Source: Octopus sinensis (taxonomy: Eukaryota). Taken from it: 64,000 nucleotides of DNA. Below are positions 50,150 through 63,537 of the stretch, one piece after another; the first letter of the stretch is position 1; each line of letters starts with the position of its first letter. The DNA lies in assembly GCF_006345805.1 (NCBI RefSeq), contig NC_043016.1:21576001-21640000 (forward strand), given 5' to 3'. The notes under the pieces were generated by a model. It was not told the DNA's origin. It saw nothing but the letters and a program-made list of their open reading frames with translations, and ran no database searches. The position numbers were made by a program, and so were the translations under genes.

Positions 50150-51640
50150 GGCAATTACGGAGGAATTCAAGACAGGTTGCCCCTGGGAGCTCCTCTATGC
50201 TGACGACCTTGCTCTAATTGCTGAGTCACTATCAGAACTGGAGGAGAAGTTCCAGGTGTGGAAGGAGGGTTTAGAATCGAGGGGCCTTAGAGTCAACCTA
50301 GCTAAAAACCAAAGTACTAATAAGTAGGAAGGTAGACAATCCACAAATGTCTTCAGGAAGATGGCCCTGCTTGATCTGTAGAAAAGGGTAGGTAGAAACT
50401 CTATAAGATGTACCCAGTGTAAGCTATGGACACATAAGAGGTGCAGCAATGTCAAAGGTAGGGTAACTGGGAAGATAGTTTTTGTATGTGGCACATGCTC
50501 AGGAGCATTAACCTCCGAAAATCTGCAGAAAACAACTTCCGTCACTTTCCAAGGGGAAAAACTAGAAGTAGTTGATAGCTTCCGCTATCTAGGTGACCAA
50601 GTCAGTAGTGGGGGTGGGTGCGCTGAAAGTGTAACTGCTAGAATAAGAATAGCCTGGGCAAAGTTTAGGGAGCTCTTACCTCTGCTGGTGACTAAAGGCC
50701 TCTCGCTCAGAGTAAAAGGCAGACTGTATGATGCATGTGTACGAACAGCCATGCTACATGGCAGTGAAACATGGGCCGTGACTGCTGAGGACATGCGTAA
50801 GCTGGAGGAATGAAGCCAGTATGCTCCGATGGATGTGTAATGTCAGTGTACATACTCAACAGAGCGTTAGTACCTTGAGAGAAATGTTGTACCTAAGAAG
50901 CATCAGTTGTGGTGTGCAAGAAAGATTGCGCTGGTATGGTCATGTGGCGAGAATGGATGAAGATAGGTGTGTGAGAAAGTGCCAATCCCTAGCAGTTGAG
51001 GGAACCCGTGGAAGAGGTAGACCCAGGAAAACCTGGGATGAGGTGGTGAAGCACGACCTTCGAACTTTAGGCCTCACTGAGGAAATGACCAGCAACCGAG
51101 ACCTTTGGAAATATGCTGTACATGAGAAGACCAGGCAGGACAAGTGAGCCCAGCCCACTTATGCATGCCTTTCCTCCCTTGGACACAAAGACCTGTTGAG
51201 GTAAGCGAAGTCGATATAGAACCTCATCCGACGACAGGCATCCATGCCAACCCCCTTTGCTTGTGAAGACATGTTGGGGCAAGCAAAATCAAAATCGAAT
51301 TGAACCAGCCAGGACCCCTGGACTGGTGGTACGTAAAAAGCACTATCTGACTCGTGGCTGATGCCAGCGCCGCCTCGACTGGCTTCCGTGCCGGTGGCAC
51401 GTAAAATGCACCAATCCGACCGTGGCCCTTGCCAGCCTCTCCTGGCACCTGTGCAGGTGGCACATAAAAAGCATCCACTACACTCACGGAGTGGTTGGCG
51501 TTAGGAAGGGCATCCAGCTGTAGAAACATTGCCAGATAAGACTGGAGCCTGGTGCAGCCTTCTGGCTTCCCAGATCCCCGGTCGATCGTCCAACCCATGC
51601 TAGCATGGAGAACGAACGTTAAACGATGATGATGATGATA
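50150..51640 (+). mobile_element. RTE LINE RT-to-3' fragment followed by an inverted 3' UTR piece
   Basis: GCPWELLYADDL, FRYLGDQ, MLRWMCNVS..GRPRKTWDEVV. Confidence 0.88.
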
Positions 51641-51667
51641 TATATACATATATGTATATATATATAT

Positions 51668-53110
51668 TTTGAGCATCTCTGCAGTAATTCCTGATGGGCT
51701 GGGGGGCTTTCCCTGTCTTCATACACTTCCTTTATCTACCAAGGTCCCTTTGTTGGGTTGACATTCGGCAGACTCTCTTTCTCTCATTCATTTTCTTTAT
51801 TGAGCAACCTTTCATAATGGCGTCTCCAAACCTCTCTCTTTGCAACCTCATTTAGTGCATAGAACTATCTTCCATGCGGACACATTTCTCTCCTACATCA
51901 AGATTCTCTCTCACACTCTGTCTTGCAACATGAAATAGCTCAAGTCTTTGGTCCTCACGGTGCAGAACATTGGCAAATTTTTTCTTATGTGCTTCCCCTC
52001 TGGCTAAATAAACCTGCCTCCTAGCTTCCCTTCTGACAGTCTGATACAATTCCCTGCTACCACCATTCTTCCAGTCCTTCCAAGCCTGATTCTTTTCTCT
52101 AATATCCCTGTCTACAACATTGTTCCACCACCACGTTATTTTGGGTTGAGAAGGGACTTTGCACCATCCACAGATCTGGTCAGAGGCTTTCAGCAGGTTG
52201 TCCTGTAGAAACCTCCAATTGTCTTCTACATCGTGTGAAGCTATATCCCCTTCTATTTGGTCAATGGCTTCGAGTAATAGGTCTCTAAATCTCTGTCCAT
52301 TTGCAGGATCTTTAAGCTTCCAGACTCTTCTCCTCCATGCTGGTCATCTACTTAGCCCTGATCCTAAAGTCACTAACTACCAGTCTATGTTGTGGGGTAC
52401 ATTCTTCACATGGGAAGTTTTTTATAGTTATAAGCAGCCATCTTTCCCTTTTTTTGGTGAGGACATAGCCAATTTGGCTAGTGTGTCTGCCTGATCGGTA
52501 GGTGACTAGGTGACTTGCAGATTTCCTGAAGTTAGTATTGCAAACCATAAGATCATTTGCATCGCAGAACTCAAGCAGCCTAGTTCCATCCTCATTGCAG
52601 GAGCCATAACTGTAGCCTCTATGTATGCCATGGAAGCCTCCTGTCCATTGAAGTCACCAGCCATAAAGAGAAGATCTCTGTCATTTGTCAATGAGGTAGT
52701 CTGCAAGAGGGTGTCATAGAATTGGTCTTTCTGTCCATTGAGTAGCCTTGGCTGAGGGGCATAGGCTGATATAATGGTTGCTAACTCATGATGAAGCACT
52801 AATCTAATTTTAAGTATTCTGTCGCATACTCTGACTACCTTGATTACCTTATCTACCTATTTCTCAGCAAGAAGTATACCCATGCCCCCGACCCTGTCAG
52901 TGTTCCCTGCCCAGAAAATCTTGTACCTGTGTTCTTTGCCTTTGAGGAACCTAGTAGAATCTTCTCACAACCTTACTTCTTTGATGCAGCACATATCTAC
53001 ACATCTCTGTTCAAGCATCTCAACAATCTCACTAGACCTACCTTTCATTGTGCCAACCATAAGGGTGTGGGAGATATAGGCCCGTGAGACCCTGGGACAA
53101 AGAACAGTAG
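51668..53110 (-). mobile_element. RTE LINE 5' part (APE endonuclease to linker)
   Basis: [43 protein letters not shown] motifs. Confidence 0.88.
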
Positions 53111-54084
53111 CTTCATGTACTTAAAAAGAAAGCTTGCATTTGGCGGAATTCCTAAACAATAGCCTTCAATTCAACCTGCATACACTACACTATCATACTT
53201 TTGCACTATATGATCACTAGCTTACATAGGAGATAGTCCTAAGTAGGGGTGGGGATGGCGTAAAGCCTTTAGAAGTGTTCATGGGAGACAACCAAGGATG
53301 ACAAAGGATAGGAACTTCCGGTGGAGGGGGTGGGAGTTCTTTTGGGATCTGCGTAGCATAATTTAAAGAGATAGCAAATATTGATAATAGTAAAATAGAC
53401 TTGAAAATTCAGAGAGTGTTCGGTCAGACAATCTAAGACAAAATTAGAGTAATAAGTGACTGTGTTATAAAACTTTAATAGATGGAATGAATCGATGAAT
53501 ATGTTGTGGTTAACTCGAACTAGGAAGTTTAGAGGAGAGCATCTTCTGTGTGCACTGGTTTATATGTGGCGGTGGTGAAAGTCTTGGCTAAGCGAGTGAA
53601 AGACAGAGTGAGAGAGAGAGAGGGGAAGTGGTCAAGAACACGAGGGAGGAAAAATATTCTTTTGTGATCTGTGTAGCATAATTTAATGAGACAGTAAATG
53701 TTGATAATAGTAAACTAGACTTGAAAAATCTGAGTGTTCGGTCAGACAATCTAAGACAAAATTAGAGTAATAAGTGACTGTGCGATAAAACTTTAATAGA
53801 TGGAATGAATCGATGAATATGTTGCAGTTAAGGAAATGTGTGAACTGAGGTTATCTTAAGGGAACAACAAGGAAGATGAGACTATTGAAAAACTATATTT
53901 ACATTTACATGATGACATGGTACTGAAATAGACAGAATAATGAAAAGAACTAATAGGGGTTTATGATCAGTGCAGAAATAGAAGAGTAGATAAAACAAGG
54001 TTGAAAAGATAAAACTTCTTAATTGAGCATCTTCTCGGATCCGTATTCTTTGGCAGAGCATGTAACTATACATATAGATATGCT

Positions 54085-54452
54085 TTACTCTTTTACTTGT
54101 TTCAGTCATTTGACTGCGGCCATGCTGGAGCACCGCCTTTAATCGAGCAACTCGACCCCGGGACTTATTCTTTTGTAAGCCCAGTACTTATTCTATCGGT
54201 CTCTTTTGCCGAACCGCTAAGTAACGGGGACATAAACACACCAGCATCGGTTGTCAAGCAATGCTAGGGGGACAAACACAGACACACAAAGACATATATA
54301 CGACGGGCTTCTTTCAGTTTTCTGTCTACCAATCCACTCACAAGGCTTTGGTCGGCCCGAGGCTATAGTAGAAGACACTTGCCCAAGGTGCCACGCAGTG
54401 GGACTGAACCTGGAACCATGTTGTTGGTAAACAAGGTACTTACCACACAGCC
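54085..54452 (-). mobile_element. tRNA-derived SINE, near full length
   Basis: B-box-like GGTTCAGTCCC head on minus, conserved body, GTAAAAGA tail. Confidence 0.85.
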
Positions 54453-55764
54453 TATATATATATATACACACACATATACATATTTACAAATATATACATA
54501 ACTATATATATATAATATATATATATATTATATATATATACATATATACACACACCAATATTAACATCTTTAATTCTCTGTAGCTGAAGACAAGTTACTG
54601 AACCAGTTATACATCCAAAATCTTGACTGGATTGGAATGTGTTGCATCATGTCCACATATCTACTACATGATGCATTTGTTCAGACAGCTATGCTACATG
54701 GCAGCAAAACATGGGCAGTGATTGCTGAGGATTTATAAAACTTGAAAGAAATAAAGCCAGTATGCTTCACTGAATGTGTGATGTAAGTGTGAATGTATAG
54801 TTGAGTGTTTTAAAAGAAAAACTGATTGTAAGAGGCATGAGATGTAGTAAGAGAAGATAGCACTGGTATGGACATGTGACATACATGAATGAAAACAGTT
54901 GCATAATGAAGTGCCAATCTCTAAATTAGGAGAATATGGGACAAAGTAGCGAGAAACAATCTTAGGTTTTTGAGCCTTGTGCTTGGGAAGACACATGAAG
55001 CCAAATAAAATCACGGTATTCATGCCCCATATCCCCTTACACACACAATCTGTCCTCTGAAAACTCCTCCACAAGTCACATGGTCACTACCCACTGCAGC
55101 CTCCTCCTCTTTCTCTCATGTGCCCACCTACTCTCCATGCCCTCACATAACTACCATACTTTCGTACCAACCACTCCAATTTTCTGTCACAGTCATTTGC
55201 TTGTCACCTCTTATCTCTAAATATCTTGCTCCACACTCTTATGGAACATCTCCAACTATCCACTCTGTACCACTTATACCCACCCACCCACCCCCATTAC
55301 CCAAGGGCAGGTCCCGATCTATCTCCAACACCATCAATTTCAGTCTCACTATCTTTTTCCCGTTTCCTACTGGGGTAGCCAAGTATTTCTTCCAAAGTAA
55401 GACACCCATCTCTATCTCTCTATTATGCTCTAAGCTCTCACCTGGCACAAAGACACTTCGTGCAGTTCCACTCCTTCCAGCTGAGAGGGCTTTGTCATGC
55501 AAGTTACTTGCTGTTGGTGTCATGTAAAAAGCATCAATGCTGGTGCTACATGCAACCACCCAGTAAACTTTGTAAAGAGGTTGGTTTTAGGGAAGGCATT
55601 CAGCTGTAGAAACCACGCCAAAACAGTCAATGGAACTTGGTGTATTCTCTAGCTTGCCAGCTGCTGTCAAACCATCCAACACATGCCAGCATGGAAGACA
55701 ATTATTAAACAATGATGTTGATGATATATGATACATATATTCATATCTAGATTCCACGAAAAAA

Positions 55765-56990
55765 GTATACAGACTTCAGGAAAGGAAAAATCTATATAAA
55801 TATTTAAATACTAAATTTATTCAGATGTCATGAGATTAATACAATTTTGGCCTCTACAATTAGAAGAGGTGCTCAAAGTGATAGCAATTAGCTTCCAGAT
55901 ATTCATGTGTATTGTGAACTACTGCTTGGGCAACATTGACCAAAGTGTCCAGTGGGATTGCTGCATATATATTTTCAATTTCTTGTCTTAGTTCTGTGAA
56001 TATAGCCAGTTTTCTGTGATACATGACATCCTTTATGGTAACCCCTAGGTAAAAGTCTGTAGGTGTTAAATCAGGAGAATGCAAGGGAAACTCAACTACA
56101 CCTCTTCTTGCTAGCCAGTGTCCTTGTAAATTCTCATTGAGATAAGCTCACACATCTTGGTGGCAGTGTGGTGTCTTGTTGAAAGAAAAATTCATCATTT
56201 CCATAAAGTTTGTGTATGGCACGTAAGATTGATGTGTGTAGCATGTCTAAGTAAGCCTGACCAGTAACAGTACCTTCAAAGAAAAATGGTCATACTAAAC
56301 CTCTAGATAACATTTCACACCAGACATTGACTACTTTGTCCATCTGTATGTGAAGATTTTCTGATGACCAGTAAACACAATGACGTCAGTTCACTATTCT
56401 ATTTAGCTTAAATTGTGCTTCAGCAGGCCACACAATCTTTCTCACCAACTCTTCATCCTCACCTACCATTTGTTGAAACAGGATTTTTTGATCTGGATTG
56501 TTTTCATTAATTGCATTTCATTAATCTTGGGTTGTAAACTTTCCACTTAGCTTTTTAAGAAGGCGCTGTATGATTGTACTACTTACTCCTGTTTCAATGC
56601 ACATTGTGTGGTAGACTTCTTAAGTGAAAATGTGAACTGTTCCAACACCGCAGCTGAGGAAACAGCACTTGATGCTGTATGAGGTCTGCCAGATTTTCTT
56701 TATGCACTTTACACACAGTACCATGTGCATTGAACATATCATGAAACCGTGAAATTGTCTAATATGTTGGAAGTTGTGTTACAAACTCATGACTCCAATG
56801 CCTTTGGACTTATACCTTTTCAAATTTGAAATACAAATTTGAAAATAATATTACACTCCTCAAACGATAATTGTAAGTCCTCCATGTTGTAGGTGTCACT
56901 TGTTGATGTTATAGGTATGAGGGTAACACCATCTGTTGAGACAACATTGTACTACACTAAACAGTGTTATCACAATTTGATAAAACATCA
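55765..56990 (-). mobile_element. Degenerate Tc1/mariner element
   Basis: SPDLTPTDFYLGVTIKDVMY...HFEHLF C-terminus; termini not resolved. Confidence 0.7.
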
Positions 56991-57041
56991 AAAGAAGTAT
57001 TTATATTTATAGAAGTACTTATAAAAATAAAATATTTATAC

Positions 57042-57087
57042 AGGCTTTTCCTTTCTTGGAATGTGTATAAGACTGTAGATGTATGCA
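57042..57087 (-). CDS. Candidate exon C (VHTSTVLYTFQERKS)
   Basis: Strong ttttgtcttttttAG acceptor, GTATAA donor, 46 nt, phase 1 to 2. Confidence 0.4.
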
Positions 57088-57717
57088 CTAAAAAAAGACA
57101 AAATAGGAGGGATATGTTTCAACAAAACCTTAACACTTAAAAAGAAGGGAGTCTTTATGTTTCAGGTACCAGTCGTCATCAAGGAGGAGGTTGCATAAAG
57201 AGAGTTAGGAATGAAGTGTGTACATATTTGGGTTGTTATTTGTGTATAGTGATGTGCATGGGGGAAGAAGTTAGGTGAAGTGTAAAAATGGGAGTGTAAT
57301 GGCATGGAAGGATGGGGTGTATGAGAGAAGGTGTGGAAGAGTAGCTGGCAGAAACGTGTGCAATGAAAAAATGCTGACAGAAAAAGTATATCAGTAGTAC
57401 TAATAATAAAATATAAATTGGCAGCACTGGTGAAAAGTCTGTGGAGCTTGTGTAACTGACATTTGGAGAAACAAAAAGCTGATAAAAGAAAGCAGTTGAA
57501 CTGGGCACAGACAAACAGAAAGGGAAATAATTTACTGTTAAATGCTAATAGAAAAAGTATATGTGAGAAAAAATAAAGTATAGTCGAAGTACATGTAGTT
57601 CTGTGATGCAAACTCATGACCCTCAACACTAACTTCAAAAAACCAGCCAGCCAGCCACCTAATCACCTATCAAATTGGCTACCTCCTCACCAGGCAACAA
57701 GATAGATGGATGCTTAA

Positions 57718-57923
57718 CCCTTTCGCATTTAAACCGGCCCAAATATTATGTTTATTGTTCAAACATGCCAGATCTGACCTCTCACACCTATGCTGCAATG
57801 TCATTCTAAAAATAAGCAATTACATCATCAAAATCTCAATGCTATGAGATAATACATGATTAATTCAAAACAATGTGAATAAATAAGCATTACATTCGAC
57901 AGTATAATCTGAATGCTAAAGGG
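57718..57923. mobile_element. piggyBac-like MITE, family 1
   Basis: TTAA-CCCTTTCG ... CTAAAGGG-TTAA; homologous to 31521-31739. Confidence 0.75.
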
Positions 57924-57944
57924 TTAAATATGCAAAGTCTTTCC

Positions 57945-60470
57945 TAGGTGAAGAGTGTAAAACTCAACATAGGTTACAAGTTAGTGATTTCAGAATTAGA
58001 GCTAGAAAGACTTGGAGAAATAGACCAATCTGGAAAAGAAGACTATGGAAGCTAAAAAAAAAACAAAACAGACAAAAATCTAGAGATTTACTAATGGAAG
58101 CTTCTGATGAAAGAGAGGAAGAGTTGGGGACACATAGCTCAGAGGACAATTGGAAGTTCCTACAAGACAATCTACTGAGGGCTATGGACGAAGTCTGTGG
58201 TTGGTGCAGAGTCCCAGCTAGACCAAGGAAGTTGATAGTACTATAAAAGCAAAAAGACAGGAGTAGAAAAATGGTGGAAGCAGAGAATTATCTCAGGTAG
58301 CCAAAAGGGCAGCTAGGCATCAGGAATACATAGCAACAGGAATAGCTGAAGGTAAGAAATTTGCAAATGTTCTACAGCATGAGAATCAGAGGAGTGAGGT
58401 GTTCAGGATTGCAAAGCAATGTATCATAGAAAATGGAGATGTGGTAGGTGAGAAATGTGTGCGAATGGATAATGGAATGCTTGCGCTTAGTGACTCAGAG
58501 AAGAAAGATGCATGGAAGTGTTGCTATAGAAGGTTACTATATGTGGAAAATGAATGGGAGGAGATTCTACGAAATATCGAACCAATTGAGGGACAGACAT
58601 CAAGTTGATAGCAGCATAATAGATAAGCAATTAAAGACATGAAGACAAGGAAAGTCTCTGAGCCATCAGGAATCACTGCTGAGATTATTAAAATTTCAAG
58701 TGGTGTAGAATACAGCTTAGTCACTTGTATAGTTAATCAGGTTATTCAATAAGGCACCATCCCCAGTGAATGGTGTAGTAGTAGTCTTATAGTTGGCTGC
58801 TACAAGGGTAAAGATGATGCCTTAGATAGAAACAACTTCAGAGGTACTAAATTGCTAGACCAAGTCATGAAAGTTACTGAGAGGGTTATTGCTCAATTGA
58901 TTAGAAAAAAGATTAAGCTAGATGAGATGCAGTTTGGTTTTATACCTGGGAAGCATACCACAGATGCCATCTTCCTGGTGAGACAACTGCAGGAAAAGTA
59001 CTTGGCCAAAAGTAAGCCATTGTACTTAGCCTTCATCAACCTGGAGAAAGCTTTTGACAGAATTCCCCGCTGTTACATGGTGGTCTTTAAGAAAGTTAGG
59101 AGTAGAGGAGTGGCTTGTTAGAGCTGTACAAGCCATGTACAGTGGTGCTGTCAACAAGGTGAGAGTTGGCCATGAATACAGTGATGTATTTAGTGTACAG
59201 GTAGGGGTTCACCAGGGTTCAGTTCTCAGCCCACTCCGAGTCCTTCAGGCTATTAGAGGAATTCAAAACTGGGTGCCTGTGGGAACTGCTATATGCTGTT
59301 GACCTTGCTCTTGCAGAATTGGAGAAGAAATGCCAGGTATGGAAACAAGACCCGGAATCAAAGGGACTTAAAGTTAACCTAAGACCAAAGGTGTTGTTAG
59401 TAAGATAGAAGATAACACTCTCTTTCTGTCAGATAAATGGCCTTGCTCAATATGTAGGAAAGGAGTTGGAAGAAATTCTCTGCACCTACTGTAAACTATG
59501 GACACATAAGACGTGCAGTGGAATCACAAGTAGATTAACAGATAAAGTTGCCTTTGTATGTGGAAGATGTGCAGGAACAATAAGCACTAAGTCCCATGGG
59601 ACTTAGATTCTCTCAAATACCCAGGAGGCTCTCTTGAGGTTGTAGACAGTTTGTTACCTAGGTGACCAAATTAGCAATGATAGAGAATGTTCTGAAAGTA
59701 TTGCTTCTAGAATAAAATTTGGGTGGAGGAAGGTCAGAGAGCTATAACCTCTGTTGGCAACAAAAGGCCTCTCTCTGAGTGAAAGGTAGACTATATGATG
59801 CTTTTGTACAAACGGCTATACTCCATGGTAGAGAGACATGGACTCTGAATGCAGAAGGCGTGTAGACTGGAGAGAAACAAAGGTAGTATACTCTGTTGGA
59901 TGTGCAACATCAGTAAGTACATGTAGTGCAAATGTATAGAGAAAAGTTGGGCATAAGAGGAATCAAATGTAGCAGGCAAGAAAGAAGACTATGTTGGTTT
60001 GGACACGTGATGTGTATAAATGAGAACAGCTGCATAAAAAAAAATGACAATGGACCAAGAAGTGTGGTGTTATGAACTTCTTGAGAAGACCCGGCCATGT
60101 CAGCAAAACTGAGTTCTAGAAGCGCTATCCCCCACCCACACTTAACACGAAAACTTCTCACACACTCTACCACAACATTGCTCTATGCTAGTCCTCGACC
60201 TGTGTGTTTCACCCACATGCCCTGTCTCACTGTATTATTGCTATCTCACACTACACCAACAAACCAATATGCATCTCCACATTTTCTTCCTTCATACACC
60301 ATGCCTAGCTCACACTCCCCAATCCTGTCCTTACAGCCCTGTTCCTCTACATCACTGTTACTGCATCCAGCTGCAAAAATCCTGCCAAAACAGTCTCACA
60401 AGCCTGGTGCAGGCACTTGTGAAACTGTTCCACACATGCTAGCATGGACGGTGGATGTTAAATGATGATG
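57945..60470 (+). mobile_element. RTE LINE, long degenerate copy
   Basis: LDEMQFGFIPGKHTTDAIFLVRQLQEKY..AFINLEKAFDRIPR, VHQGSVLSPL. Confidence 0.88.
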
Positions 60471-60682
60471 ATGTAGACAGTTAAAGAAAAATTTTATTTG
60501 TAACAGGATGTCTTAAAAAGATTAGTTTATTCTCACATTATAGAAGAGAGTCCTAATATAGTTAACTGGTAAAATCAAGCAGTCAATTCCAGAAGTGAAA
60601 TAGATAGCAGAAAAAAGGCTGGGAAAATGGAGGCATACCAGTACAGTGAAAAACTGTATGGTGGAGGAAGAAGCTGGATTAA

Positions 60683-60902
60683 CCCTTTCGTTACTCTATT
60701 TATTTTGAGATGCTCTGCGTTTCTTTCAATTACTCTAAATATAACAAAGAATTTAGTAAAATAACTTAGTTATCATTAAGCTAGTGTTAGGAACATAAAT
60801 TGGGACTAAGGTTTGGTGGAAGATTTTAATTCAAAACTTATGAAAACAAGACATTTGTACTCAGAGCCAAGGCCGGTTTCAGCCGGGTTGGTAACAAAAG
60901 GG
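60683..60902. mobile_element. piggyBac-like MITE, family 2
   Basis: TTAA-CCCTTTCGTTAC ... GTAACAAAAGGG-TTAA. Confidence 0.75.
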
Positions 60903-61237
60903 TTAAGAGCAAAGAGGGATAATAAGGGAGTAAAGTGTGTACAAAATATATATTAGGGTAAAATTTCAGTGACCGGGAAATAATACTAGAGTGAGGCTGA
61001 TGAGAACATGTATAAGTGTTTGGATGAGAGCTAGAGTTGTGGCAAGGTTTGACTGCTGTTGAGAAACAGGCATTTTAAGTAAGTCCGTTTCTGCTGATTT
61101 TAAAAATCAGTTTCACACTAGGGTTCAGGGAAAAACCCTATCTTGGCCAACCCTTTTGACAAGCTCCAGTGTGCGCAAAACCAAGAGGTAAAATTGGGTG
61201 AAATGGATCAACAATACTATATTGTATAAGTATTAAT

Positions 61238-61283
<46 letters not shown>

Positions 61284-61523
61284 TGCATGTACATAATCAA
61301 CCTAAAAAAAATGAAGGTATCTCAAATATCATACAACATAAATTCTTAATTTTTTAAAAACTGTCTCCAAATAATGAGCTTGTCCTTTTTCTAAAAGAAA
61401 AACAAAACCCCTCATGTTGTGTGGTATTTGATATATCTACACCTTTTCATATTGTTCCTGTATATGCTGCTAGGCATTGAGTTATTTCTCTTAGTTCATT
61501 CTTGGTTAATTTGTGAAAATTAC

Positions 61524-61606
61524 CTAGGTTGTAAAATGTTCTCTCATTTTGTACATGCCTAAGTCTTTTGGCTGCTGGAGATAAATCAATTGTTGAGCTA
61601 TGGTGC
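61524..61606 (-). CDS. Candidate exon B (HHSSTIDLSPAAKRLRHVQNERTFYNL)
   Basis: ctttctgcctcaatAG acceptor, GTAATT donor, 83 nt, phase 2 to 1; lies within ORF 61447..61632. Confidence 0.4.
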
Positions 61607-61634
61607 CTATTGAGGCAGAAAGTAGGGTTCACAT

Positions 61635-61780
61635 ATATACGACGGGCTTCTTTCAGTTTCTGTCTACCAAATTCACCTTGGTCGGCCCGAGGCTACAGTA
61701 GAAGACACTTGCCCAGGGTGCCTCGCAGTGGGACTGAGCCCATAACTATGTGGTTGGTGAGCAAGTAACTTACCACAACC
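61635..61780 (-). mobile_element. SINE 5' half
   Basis: Homologous to 54300-54450. Confidence 0.75.
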
Positions 61781-61936
61781 ATTAGTCTGACAAAATACAA
61801 AACAAAATACATTTTGTTTTGCCTCAAAAAAGCCACATACTAAACAAAAACTATTGTCAGAATAATGATTATCGATTAAATATTTTTCACTTTCAGACAT
61901 CTTTTGAGTTTTTATATTCTAAGAGGTTAGACATAC

Positions 61937-61979
61937 CTTTTACTCAATTTGGTCACCCCACTTCCAGAGTATAATCTTT
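61937..61979 (-). CDS. Candidate exon A of unidentified minus-strand gene (RLYSGSGVTKLSK)
   Basis: attatAG acceptor, GTATGT donor, 43 nt, one open frame; phase-compatible with the next candidate exon. Confidence 0.4.
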
Positions 61980-62099
61980 CTATAATATGTAATTTTCTAG
62001 ATGGTATAATTTAATTTTTCATATTGAATTGATAAAAGGTGGGTTTTTTTCTAATTTATATATATATACACACACATACCGTCTCTCAAACTCGTTACC

Positions 62100-62410
62100 A
62101 CTGGAATATATACATTTATTCTTTTTGTTACAGTCTTTTGACTGTGACCATGCTGGAATGCCACCTTAAAGCTGGGTACTTATTCCATCAGTCCCTTTTG
62201 CTGAATCACAAATTTACAGGGTTGTTAACACACTACCACTAGTTGTTGAGCAGTGGTAGGGGATCAAACACACACAGATATATATGCAATAAACTTCTTT
62301 CAGTTCCCATCTACCAATCCATTCACAAGGCTTTGGTTGACTGTAGTAGAAGACACTTGCCTACGATACCACACAGTAGGACTGAACCTGGAATCATGTG
62401 ATTGAGAAGC
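62100..62410 (-). mobile_element. Diverged SINE
   Basis: Same family, degenerate. Confidence 0.65.
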
Positions 62411-62420
62411 TGTGTGTGTA

Positions 62421-63530
62421 TTAGATCATCCAATAAATAATGCGGCTTTTTCAATTGCATGAACTAAAAGTTGGAAGGGGATGCGATAAACTATCTGCAT
62501 CAACTTGCTATAATAGCAGGTAGTCCTTATTCTTAGTGCAAGGTTTGATGAGTGCAGCTCAATTTTAACAGTTATCTTTTCAAAACTATAATGGAAGTGA
62601 TGAAGGAGCATATTCAGAATATTTTTCTTTATGAGTCAACAGCAGTTCCAGAAATTGCAAGCCGCAAACTACAGCCTAGAAGACGAGCCTCATCCTGGAA
62701 GATCTGTAGAGCTCAATGAGGATATCCTGCAAACTCTGGTGGAACAAAATCCCATTGTAACTGTTGAGGAACTAACAGAGAAGCTTCAATTTGCTCATTC
62801 ATTGACACCTGTGTGTCATTGGAAAAGTCAGAAAATTGGGTTTAGTCTAGTTGCATGCAGGGAGTGAATGTGTGCTCTTCTTTGCTGTCATGTTCCATAA
62901 AAGAACCTTTTTTTGGACCAGTGACGAGAAATAGGCTCTCTATAAAAATGTCAAGCACCAAAGACAGTGGGTAGGGAAAGGAGAAACACCAGCACCCCAG
63001 GCTAAAGGTCTTCATCCACAGTGTGGTTATCTGTTTGGTGGAATATGAAAGGTTTAGTCCACTTTGAACTTTTAAACCCAAACCAAATGATAACAGATAT
63101 CTACTATGCGCAACTTGAGTGGCCTAAGTCAGCACTAGAAAAAAAATCAACCATCTTTGGTTTCAAAACGGAAAGCGTTCTTCTATCAGGATAATGCTTG
63201 ATTACATACAATGAGGATGACATTCCAAAGGCTAGAGCAGTTTGAATGGGAGACAATACCCTATCCACCATATCTGCCAGACATTGCTCCATCTATTATC
63301 ATTTATTCTGCACTTCAAAATCATTTGGACGGAAAAAATATGAATTCTGTAGACGAGGCCACTGGAGGAGTAGTTTTCGTCACAGACAAGTGAATTTTGG
63401 AAGAGGGGCCTATCAGATAGATGGAAAAACATTGTAGAATACGAAGGAGAGTATATTTTAGATTAAAAAAGAACTATCTTAATTTTGAAAAATAAAAGTA
63501 TAAAACTGCATTATTTATGGGACGACCCAA
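62421..63530 (+). mobile_element. mariner element, degenerate, with both TIRs
   Basis: TIRs ttagatcatccaataaataatgcgg and ctgcattatttatgggacgacccaa, TA flanks; EDEPHPGRS and WETIPYPPYLPDIAPS fragments. Confidence 0.88.
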
Positions 63531-63537
63531 TATATAT

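Noticed and set aside
57160-57640. 158-aa minus-strand ORF, possibly a decayed GIY-YIG region
   Set aside because: Catalytic motifs are not identifiable; composition is low-complexity
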